This document shows positions 29,201 to 40,086 of a stretch of DNA of 64,000 bases, piece after piece. Location: positions 6,572,001 to 6,636,000 of the forward strand of contig CM022674.1 in the NCBI GenBank assembly GCA_012295275.1, in the 5' to 3' direction. The notes under the pieces were generated by a model. It did no database searches, was not told where the DNA came from, and saw only the letters and a list, made by a program, of their open reading frames with translations. Position numbers and translations under genes: made by a program. Positions within the stretch are counted from its first letter, which is position 1. The number at the start of each line of letters is the position of its first letter. The stretch comes from Chrysomallon squamiferum (taxonomy: Eukaryota; Animalia; Mollusca).

Positions 29201-31673
29201 TAAAAAATCTCTCTCTATCTCTTCCATTTGAGTTGTATGAAAAGCGCACTGAACTCGCAGACCTTTGGCTACTTTAGGATTATCAGCGACTAGTTTGTGG
29301 ATGGTTTCCGCATCACCGGCAACTGTTACTGACGTTGGTGAGTTGATGCAGGCGATGGTAATACCGCTGTAGTCATTCAGAAATCGTTCAGCACCTTTTA
29401 AATCCATGCGTAATGCAGCCATCGATCCTTTCCCTGTTAACCGTTTCTGCAGCTGACATCTGTGGTAGACAATCTCCACAGCTTCCTTCTTTGTGAGCAA
29501 ACCAGAAGCGACAGCTGCGGCCAGTTCTCCGAAGCTGTGTCCAATAACAACGTCAGGAATCACTCCCCAGTGTTTCCACAGATCTACAAGTGCGAGCTGC
29601 ATGAAGAGGATGGCCGGCTGAGAGACGTCAATATCGTTCACAGATCTTTCAAATACTGCGTCTGATTCTTGTTTTCTGAAAAGTCCACAGGACTGCAAGA
29701 TAGACACGCCAGAGAGCGTGGTATATAGTTTATCGCACTCGTTAACTACGGCTCGAAAGACTGATTCTGTTGCGTAGAGTTGTCTGCCCATGTTGTCGTC
29801 TTGCTGGCCCTGTCCTGGAAATACGAAACAGATTTTTGGGGAAGGTTTGCCGTTTCTGCCGTTTCCATGAATTATCGCATCTGTTTTGGAAATAAATGAT
29901 TTAAGCTGCTGTTGAAATGTTTGTCCAGAATGTGCAGTAATCGCCAGCCGATAGGAATTGTGGGACCGTCGTGACGTCATCCATCCTGCTATTCCCTCAG
30001 CATCTTTTTCACTCTCATATGAACTCCATTCTTTAGCGAGATCGACAAGAGCATCTTCAGTCTTAGCTGACAAAGGTATCAGGAGTTCTTTCCCTTTGAT
30101 ATCACTCGATCCAAATGTCCATCCAGCTTGGCCAGTCTTATATGATTGTGTGACGTAATGGTCACCAATGACAGCGTGCGCCAGAGCTCCACCAAAACCG
30201 TAGTTATTAACTCCAATCAGATGATTACGTCCTGCTGGAAAATCTTGCACTTTCTCCAGCACCTCTATGCCCCATTCCTCGAACCTGTTGTCAACAGGAG
30301 TGGAATAGTTGATGGACGGACACAGCTGTCGCTTTTTCATCATCAGTGCCGCTTTTATTATGCTGACCAGACCGGCACAGCATTCCATGTGGCCGAAATT
30401 ACTTTTAGAAGAGCCAATTTTCAGAGGAGATCTTCTACCCTGAGCTAAAGCTTTTCCTATCGCCTCTGCTTCTACCGGGTCTCCCACAGGCGTGCCTGTT
30501 CCGTGAGCTTCCACGTAGATCAGTTTATCTTGGTCGATACTGAAGTTCTCGTACACAGACTTCATCAACCTCATCTGCGCATCGCACGACGGCATCGTGA
30601 TGCTCGGAGACGCTCCATTAGCAGCGATGCCGCTGGCTATGACCGTGCAGTAAACGTTGTCGCCGTCGTGCAGAGCCTGCGACAGAGGTTTGATTATCAG
30701 CGCGCCAAAACCTTCGCTTCTGACGTATCCTTTAGCGTTCTTGTCAAACGGACGGCTCACTCCGTCCGGGGACAGCACGGACAACGCGCTGAAACCGACA
30801 GTCACTTCGGGCATTAGCAGCACGTTGCTACCGGCAACGACCGACACGCTGGACTCTTCGTTCCACAGCGCCTGGCAGCCGAAGTGAAGCGCCGTCATGG
30901 ATGCTGCACATGCAGTGTCAACGGCAACGCTGGGTCCTTTTAAGTTGAAGGCAAACGATATTCGATTCGCGGCCACGCTGTGGGCAACGCCCGTGTGTGC
31001 GTACGCGTTGAAGTTCTGAGTCTCTTGTCCCAGCATCAGAGGATAATCCATCATTCCAATTCCAACGTAAACTCCGCAGTTTTCCTCCAGCGTCTCTGGC
31101 ATGATTCCCGCGTCGTCGAACGCCTCCTGAGTTACCTCCAGAAGATGGCGCTGCTGGGGATCCATCATGGCCGCTTCTTTAGGAGATATTTTGAAGAAGC
31201 CGTTGTCGAACTGATCGATTCCTTGAATGAATCCGGATCTCTTGTTGACGTGAGTGCCGACTGATGATGGATCGGCGTTGTGGTAGGCGTCGACCGACCA
31301 GCGATCACTGGGAATGTCACTTATGACGTCACGTCCGTTCTTAAGAACGTCCCAGAATTCTTCCGTACCGTTGACATTACCTGGCATTCTGCATCCTGTG
31401 GAAAATTAAAAATAAACAGATTTTTTATTTTTTATTTATTTAGTATGCCAAAACATAAAATTCAGTGTACAGATTAAAATAAATATCAATTTTATTGATT
31501 GCGTTAAATAAAGAAATTATCGTACTGACCTATTCCAACAATCGCTATTGGAAAGTGGGCGGAGCTTGTGTTTTGTCGTGATCGATAAACTTCGTCCAAC
31601 GACCGTACGTAGTCGGTAGACAGGTCATGTGACACACTTCGTAACAAAGTTCGAGAAGGACTCCGTTTTCCAT
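23268..31673 (-). CDS. Iterative type I polyketide synthase KS-AT-DH-cMT-ER-KR-ACP (no TE), ~2440 aa; three 1-nt frameshifts as assembled
   Basis: Coding exons 31673-31530 (..FPIAIVGIG), 31395-24575 (6.8 kb), 24123-24039, 23533-23268. KS: DTACAAS, EAHGTGT, SNFGHMEC. AT: FPGQGQQ, GHSFG, CAFH. DH: DHVIEGKIIFPGAGY and LDGCLQ. cMT: VEVGGRMGG, YVFTD, LDIEK, DTLHA. ER: LIHSAAGGVG. KR: VTGGTGGIG, QSAYVSAN. ACP: GVDSLMAVE. Confidence 0.9.
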
Positions 31674-31687
31674 CCTGTTAGATATTA

Positions 31688-31728
<41 letters not shown>

Positions 31729-31929
31729 TGTTGTCGTTGTTGTTGTTGTTGCTACTAATATTGTTGAACGCTTTGTTATTATTGTTGTTGTCATATTGTT
31801 TGTTTTGTTTTTGCTCTTGTTATTTGTTTACTTTTCATGCTGAAGCAAAATTATTATATTTCTTTGTTTTCTGTCTCACTTTCTTTTATTATAATTTTAT
31901 TTTATTTTATTACAATGAAGCTAATACAC

Positions 31930-32042
<113 letters not shown>

Positions 32043-32465
32043 CTGTCATTGTTATTATCTATAAACTGCTTACGTAAATATTGGTTTTGAAAATATCTTG
32101 CTTGTACGTTGACTGTGTACTTTCTGGCATAATATCTGTATAACAAAAATATAATTATAATGTTCACACATCCACTATTAACTATGAAGTACACGAAATA
32201 TAGAGAAATACCAAGAGAACGACGATGAATTCAAAGCGGAGAGAGAGATAGAAACGGAAAGATAGAGTGAGAGAGTGAATGAGTGAGTGAGAGAAATTTT
32301 TTACAGACAGAAATATATACAAGGGCATATCTAGAACGGGAAATAATCACTGAGTGTATTGAGAATGATTAATCTATCGAATTGTCAAGAGAAATTTGGC
32401 TAAGCATAAAGAAAGAAAAAATTAGTTTTGAAAATTTTTTACTATTTTGTTAATTTTTTTTTTTT

Positions 32466-32499
<34 letters not shown>

Positions 32500-32534
32500 T
32501 TTTTTTGTCTATACGTGATAAATGAAAAACATAC

Positions 32535-32663
32535 CTTTCGCTAACAATGAAGTTTTAAATTCGGGCATTCTTGCAGGTAAATAAGTCTTGATGAAATGAT
32601 TTTCTTTCGTCCAAATAAAATTTGAAAATTTTATTTCTGTCCGGTATTGCTGATAGTGGATAA
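32535..32663 (-). other. Probable 5' UTR exon 2 of the PKS (exon 1 approx. 33100-32983)
   Basis: tttttcag acceptor at 32664 and aaag|gtatgt donor at 32534; a further donor taa|gtatgt at 32982 downstream of a TATA box. Confidence 0.5.
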
Positions 32664-32720
32664 CTGAAAAATAAAAATACATGTCTTAATAGTTAATCTT
32701 AAATAAACATGTAAATTAAA

Positions 32721-32776
<56 letters not shown>

Positions 32777-33126
32777 CACTGATTTGAAAAATACGAAAAA
32801 TTTTGTCAAAAGAAAATTTTGATATTAATTTATTTTAAGAAAAAAAAAATTAAATGATTAAATAAAACAAAACAAAATGTAATTAAGCAAATTAATTAAC
32901 TCAGAACAAACCAAACTGAAGATATTTAAAATTTTAAACACTAATTAAAACTAAAAACGAAGAATAAATTCTTCATACATACTTAGATACTACTCAGTTA
33001 CTATCAACTGTACCTACGAAGTACAAGATTCACAGTCAACCTTCTATTTCGGAATTATTCTTCGTTTAAGGAAACAACTTCTCTTTTCTTCAGAAACATT
33101 AATAATAAATTACTAGTTTGCATGCA

Positions 33127-33315
33127 TATTTATAGTCATATAAATTTATTTTTCTTTCTTTTTCGCAAAAGTATTAATTTCGACATCGAACTTGACTTTC
33201 TTAGAATAATGCAACCAACACCGTCTCTATTTTTGGAAACAGGTCATGACCCATGACCGATTAACAATCAACCAATCAGCTATCAGACGTCATCTAGTCT
33301 GAACAATGATTGGAT
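33127..33315 (-). promoter_or_regulatory. PKS core/proximal promoter
   Basis: Minus-strand TATAAATA at 33134-33127; CCAAT boxes at ~33272 and ~33310; CRE-like GACGTCA at 33286; AGGTCATGACCC inverted nuclear-receptor half-sites at 33241-33252. Confidence 0.5.
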
Positions 33316-33871
33316 GATGAATAATACTTATCTTGGAGCATAAACAAAACTTGGGAGTAATGGATCTGGCAGACCATTGTCATTTACATCGTTGATTACA
33401 AGTAGTTTCTGACCACGTTGGCCACTACGTAGTAAAATGGGAACTGATACGCGAGCTGTCGCGTGCCTCTACATTCCAGATGGGGTCAGAGTGTGGAATC
33501 AGGGCGCGGGTCTAAGAAAAAAAAGAAACTTTCATGACCACACACAGTTAGTCATGATATTATTACACATCTTTTTGTTTACATATTTCTATATATATAT
33601 ATATATATATATTATTATTATTTCTTATTTATTTATTTTCTTTTTTTAGGTGTTTTTTTTTTTTTTTTTTTTTTTGTTGTTTTGTTTTTTTTTTTTTTAA
33701 TTTCATTTTTCAAGTATTTTAAATCTTTCATTTTTGTTTTTGTTGTTTTTATTGATATTGTGCTTCTTGCTGTTGTTGATGTTTGGTTTTCAGGCATGTC
33801 TTGCATTTTTTTTTTTTCTCTTTGGCTTCTTTTTTTTTCTCCTTCTCCTTCTTCTTCTTCTTCTTCTTCTT

Positions 33872-33902
<31 letters not shown>

Positions 33903-34021
33903 TTATTATTGCGATAATTAGATTCCTACTAATCTACATGTCCACTCGCGCCAACCCTAAATCTGTTCTATTTTTAGTCATGCTATTAAATTACTATTAC
34001 GGACATGTATGACAACTACGA

Positions 34022-34042
34022 TGGTCAAAAGGTCAAAGTTCA
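34022..34042 (+). promoter_or_regulatory. Nuclear receptor direct-repeat element (DR2 plus DR1)
   Basis: TGGTCA-aa-AGGTCA-a-AGTTCA: three RGKTCA-type half-sites ~0.9 kb upstream of the PKS TATA box. Confidence 0.4.
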
Positions 34043-36827
34043 CACGGTACCAAGGCATGCAAGTTCTGCAAAACAAACCAACATACTTTGAATTTTGGTC
34101 AAGCGAGTTCATACACAATAATGATAATACGAAGAAAAACACGAAAAGAACAGTAACAGCAACCATAATAACAAAACAACAACGACAACAACATAGTTAT
34201 CGTTATTACTACTAATACCAATTTTGTACACACTCATAATGTCCAGTGTGCACAAACAAACACAAACCCGAAGAAGCATAAACGTATCTAAAACAATCAT
34301 TTTTGTAATAAATATTTACATGCATATCTTTATCAGTATCAAGCTTTTTTTGTTTGTTTGTTTGTTTGTTTGTTTGTTTTGGGTTTTTAGGGTATTTTTG
34401 TTGTTGTTTGTTTGTATTTTAGTTAGTTTACTTCGGACAGACATCATTTGTAAGAACAAATAATTTTCAATTTGTAACTGAATCCCAGTAGTCTGTTGTC
34501 ATTTACAGGTTTACTGAACTGGAATATTAAATTTTTATTCGCCAAAAATTTGTACTTTCAGTTAATAAATTTATTTCTGTACTTAATAAAAACGTTGCTT
34601 TATTATTAATCCTAGGTACTCTGGAGAATGTTTAAAATACATCGGTAACCTAGATATTACCTGTTTACATGCCGTGGATTTCCATACCGTGGAGACATAA
34701 CTATGATATGGCACAAATTCCGTATTTTAAAATTTGCAGGACAGTTAACAGATATTTTAACTTACTATACAAATTACTGTCATGAAGTTAACAGTTAACG
34801 AATCCCAAATCACTGGATGAGGCCCTGACTGTAATTAACATAAATAATCACTGCTTAAATCAACTACTGTGTATCCTTTACATTTTATTTACGTGTACAT
34901 TACTACTTACATAATTAGGGAAGTGTTTGGGGGCGGCAGAGTGTTTTGATACTCTGCCATGAAGGTAACCTGTGACTTTCTTTGTATAAAAAAACAAAGG
35001 AATATTTCCTGTTAATTAAACACAAGAGCTTATAAACATTCTACTATTTTTTTTTTTTTTTTTTTTTTTATTATTATTACTATAAAAAAAATTATTATTA
35101 GAGGTATGGTCTCCCAGTAATTAATTAATTACTTAAGTAAAATAAAAATATGTTATATATGTGTGTGTGGGTGTGGTTGTTTAAGAACTTTTTAATTATC
35201 CAAAAAAAAAAAAAAAGTCTTTTTCTAATTTTTTCTCTAGGAATTCAAACTGACTTAACACTGTCCTTTGTAACCTATGCTACAGTGTGCTTTGGTCCGA
35301 ATGATTTTTAGAGCCAGTGTTGTTGACCTGTGTTATTTTTCCGGTCATATTTTAAAACATTGTAAAAGTACTGAGATAATTATTTTATCTCTCTCTCTTT
35401 AATATTCCACCGATTCAGTTTCTGATTCAAATGTTTTTTTGATTTTTTTTTTATATGTTTGTAATGTGCGGACACGAAACGCTTCTTGTTCAAATCTCAA
35501 AACCGAGAGTGGAGGGGGGGGGGTGTGCGCTCTGTTAAAGATGTTACCATATATGGTCAGGTAGATTTACGTATTTGGCCACAGGAATGTCAGTTTGACG
35601 GCTAATATCATATCTGTGACAAACAGTTTTAATAGGTTTAACGTACTTTTTTTTTTATTTTTTTTTTTTTACTTAAGTGATCAAATACACATCATTTCTT
35701 GAATTACAGTGTAGAGTACTTCGAATTTGATATTGTAATTTGTGTATGTCGGTATGTCCGTATGTTTGTATGTCTGTATGTTCGTATTTTTGTATGTCTG
35801 TATGTTTGTATATATGTATGTTTGTATTTCTGTATGTCTGTATATATGTATGTTTGTGTGTCTGTATGTTTGTATATATGTACGTGTGTACGTAGGTAGC
35901 CCTCCGATAGGTAGATATATATATGTACGTTTCTATGTTACTTTTATTTTTTTTTTTTTTTTTTTTTAAAAGCTAAAATGTATGACAAAATTGTAAAATT
36001 AACCGAATTAACCATCACCAACCAAAACATAAAATGACGGAAGTTTTCTGAGTTTGAATTTCTAAAAATAATATTCTCAAGTTGAACTCGCCATATTTGG
36101 AGCGTTGCCCAAATTGCAAATCCTGATTGTTCCACAGCCAGCCCACAGACAACAGCAGCGTGGTTTCCGACGTGCACCTTACCGTAGCCGCACCACGTCA
36201 TTCAGATGCCTACAACTTCCAAATACAGACACGCACGTAAAATACCGTTGTCAATATAACGAAGTACCGCTAGCCGGCTGTTTGGTATCATTACATACGT
36301 ACGCTGTTTGGCAAAGTGTAATCTTTATATATAAATGGCATCGAAGTGTAGCAATAACTGTAGCAAAAATAAATAAATAAAGACATAAATATATAAATAA
36401 ATAAATACATAAATAAATAAAAATATAAATAGATAAATAAATAAATAATATATAATAAAATAAATAAATAATATATAATAAAATAAATAAATAAAATAAT
36501 TTGAAATAAATAAATAAACAGATAAATAAATAAAAAATAATAATATAAAAAAAAAAAAAAAAAAAATAAATAATAAAATATCAAAACAAATAATAATAAT
36601 AATAGTAATAAAATAACAATAATCACAATAATGATGATGATAATAATAATAATAATAATAATAATTAAGTTTGAAAACGACAATAATTAATCTAATATAT
36701 TTAATTTTTGTTTTATTTTTAAATAAAATAATAATAACATTTTATACCGCTTGTAACAAACATAAAATACTTTTTTTTTTATGTCGATGTTAAATTTGTA
36801 AACCAGTTCTGTACTTGTTGTTCACTG

Positions 36828-37080
36828 CACTGCGCGCGATTCATTCTTTCCCTCGCTTTCGTACTGCGTTGCTAGGTAACGGTGTTCTCGGGGAAACGGC
36901 AGCTGCCGATTACAGAGGCAAACCGCGAAGACGTTCCTTGTCGGAATACGGTTATGTTAGCGCAAGGTGATCCTTGCAACTAACTTTAACGCCTCCTTAT
37001 ATGGCAACAGGAAGTAAGGAAGTGCCGTTTTCTCACCAATTTGGTAAATGCTAAACCAGCTTTGAGTTTCAATTGGTCAT
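36828..37080 (+). promoter_or_regulatory. Promoter of the zinc-finger gene
   Basis: CpG-rich patch with RFX X-box GTTGCTAGGTAAC (36868-36880), tandem ETS sites CAGGAAGTAAGGAAGT (~37008-37023) and CCAAT. Confidence 0.5.
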
Positions 37081-37450
37081 CTTTTGCATGCCTTTCCGCA
37101 GACTGATAAACTTCAGTCTGGAATTAGTTTACCAGAAAATATTTTTATATTTTCACTTTTATTTATATATATATATATTTTTATTATTATTGTTAATATT
37201 CGTATATGATAGGAATTCCTAAAAGGAAAAAAAAAAAAAAAAAAAAAAAAACAAGTTATCGTTTTGTCGTTGATGAAGTCGGCTGAGGTCGGTATGTGTG
37301 TGTTTGGTGTTTGTTGTGAAAGTTTTCTTCAAGTTTCGTAAGAGAGTTTATTATATCTGGGATTTAACTGTTTCGTTTCGCGAAGTTAACTTCTCGTGAA
37401 GTTAGACCTTCTGGGGAACCGAGTGAAACTGTTGGTGAAAATGTAAACAA

Positions 37451-37693
37451 ATGGCACATCGGAGAAAAGGCTTGCGACCCGTTAACAAACAGTGGAAGTT
37501 TCACCAGCAGCACATCGAGGAAAACGTACGTATTCCAAAATTTCTTTCTATCAACAGCTGTAGACCACAGCGCACCTTTGTTCAAAAAGAGAATCTAGGC
37601 AGGTATCCATTGTCCAGGCCGAGTCCGATTAAATATAGTAACAAGAGAAATGTCTGCACAAGACGGTTGGGTAAAAAATTACCTTTATTCTAG
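37451..37693 (+). other. 80-codon basic upstream ORF in the probable first exon of the zinc-finger gene
   Basis: MAHRRKGLRP...LPLF*, non-repetitive; candidate exon donor ACG|gtgggt at 37723/37724. Confidence 0.35.
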
Positions 37694-38074
37694 AAAGCAC
37701 AGAGATATATATTCAAAGATACGGTGGGTGTAAATAATAATATAAGGGGGATACTGTTATTACGTATGTCTATGTGTGTGTGTGTGTGTGTCCATTTTGA
37801 CCCTAATTTCTACTGATTGTTACATAATGGGGAAATATTTCTTAAGACAAATCATATAATTATTATTGTGAAAATATCGATAGACTATATCTGTGATTTC
37901 ATATATGTCTGTTTCCATACAAAGCTTCTAGTAGGTTTTATGGTTTTTTTGTTTTGTTTTTCAGTGTAAATCTTTTTGCGTCGTAATAATGGCATTTTTG
38001 TAAACAAACAATGAAATATTAACTATGCCTGCGTATTTGTGTGCGCTCGTGTATTACGTGTGTCTTCTTTAAAT

Positions 38075-38116
<42 letters not shown>

Positions 38117-38215
38117 GTATTTATCTAGATATCAGTATGCATGTGTGTATGTATGTATATGTATACATGTATGTGTGTGTACGTGCGTACATTTGTGAGT
38201 ATATTTATATATGAT

Positions 38216-38247
<32 letters not shown>

Positions 38248-39511
38248 TATATGAACAGACGTGTATAAGTAAACACATATAAAATATATCCAAACATAAA
38301 CGTCTGTGTGTGTGTGTATGTGTGTGTATACACAAACAAACAAGCGTATATGTATGTAGCTGAATCTGTGTCTATATAGATAGATAGGTGTATCTATGTT
38401 TATATATAGATAGGTATATCTTCTTTGGGTGTATGACAATATTTTTATTGTGTTTATTATTTTTATCAGTGTCATTGTTATTACAAGTTAAGACATTACA
38501 CGTTTTTATTTATTTTGAAATCCAAACATAACGTTCAAAAATACTATTTATTTATTGTCATAAATATAAAATTACATATACTTTTCTACTCACATCTTCG
38601 TAAGTAAAAAAACTTTAAAAATAATTGTTATAGATTCGCATCTCCGTTTTGCTTTTCACACAAGCTTAGGGAACAGTTGCTCGAGATGAAAACGTATTAT
38701 GTAACTTAAATAACTTGATGGGATAATGTTACGTGGTAAATACCACATGTAGCATCACGTATGTGCTTAGTTCTAGAGTACGTTAGACATCACACTGAAA
38801 AAAAAAATGACATTCCTTTTCTATTACAGATGTGTTTTTTTTTTCGTTATTTTAATTTGTTAAACGTGTGTTCGTTACGGTAAATAACAACACTGAAATA
38901 CGTTTTTGATTTTAAAAACAGAAGATCGCCTTTATAGTTATTGTTTTATTTGTTAAGTCTGTTATACTGATGACCACACACACACACACACGCACGCACA
39001 CACACATACACATACACACACATGTATACTCACACACTTATATAACATACATACATACATATATATGTGTTTACACTCACATACATATACATACTATATA
39101 TGTATTTTTACACAAAAACATAGTTATAGTAATAACAACAACAATGATAATAATAATTAAATAAACAAACAAATAAATAAATAAATAAATAAACGACACA
39201 CCACACCACAACACAATATAACATCATTTCACCATCTTTCAACAAACTTAAACCATCTTACTTCTTCACTAATATATAAAAAAATATATATATATAAAAA
39301 TTAAAAATAAATAAATAAATAATAATAATAATAATAATAATAATGATAATAATAATAATAATAACAACAATAACAATAATAATAATAATCATCATCATCA
39401 TAATCAAAATAATAAAATTTCTCTTGACTACCTCTAAACTTTTAAAACCTACCGTCTCCTACGTAAAAATACTAAATATTAACAGAGATTTTGATCACCT
39501 GATTATTTCAG

Positions 39512-40055
39512 ATGGTAACTGAAAGCAGCGAGGAACGAGAGGAGGTCAAGACATCCATCCTAGCCATGCCTCCTGACATTTACGACGAATTTCAGGCCCT
39601 GAAAAACGCGACCCACCTCGACAGTACAACCCTGATGAGAAAACTCTTGCAGGACTATCACAAGTATGGTAACCATGACAACGCATTCACTGTTTCGTCA
39701 CAGATGTCGTTAAAATGTCGTGTGGAGAAATTATTGTTACTTCTGAAATGTTTATTTTATTATTTTTTTTTTATTACGTTCCAGAATTAGTTATTTGTTA
39801 CCGTGTACTGTTATTAGTATTGTCGTCGTCGTTGTCGTCGTCATCTCAAAATTGTTGTTGCTGCTGTCGTTATTATTCAGTATGTTTGTTATATGATTTG
39901 TTATAATTTTTATGCAGTTTTTATGATTTGTTTTTGTTGTTGCTTTTCTTTTGTATGGCAGTTAAAAAAAAAAAAAAAAATGAAAAAAGTATTGATAGTT
40001 AATATCTTAACTGTTTTAGTTAACGATATCGAACTGAGCAGAAATATTAATTAAC

Positions 40056-40086
<31 letters not shown>

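Noticed and set aside
24829-31264. Many plus-strand ORFs antisense to the PKS (also antisense to the zinc-finger and ELYS exons)
   Set aside because: Short shadow ORFs typical of long coding exons, with no recognisable motifs.
23268-31673. PKS as bacterial or symbiont contamination
   Set aside because: It has GT-AG introns containing host-type microsatellites, a TATA promoter and contiguous animal gene neighbours.
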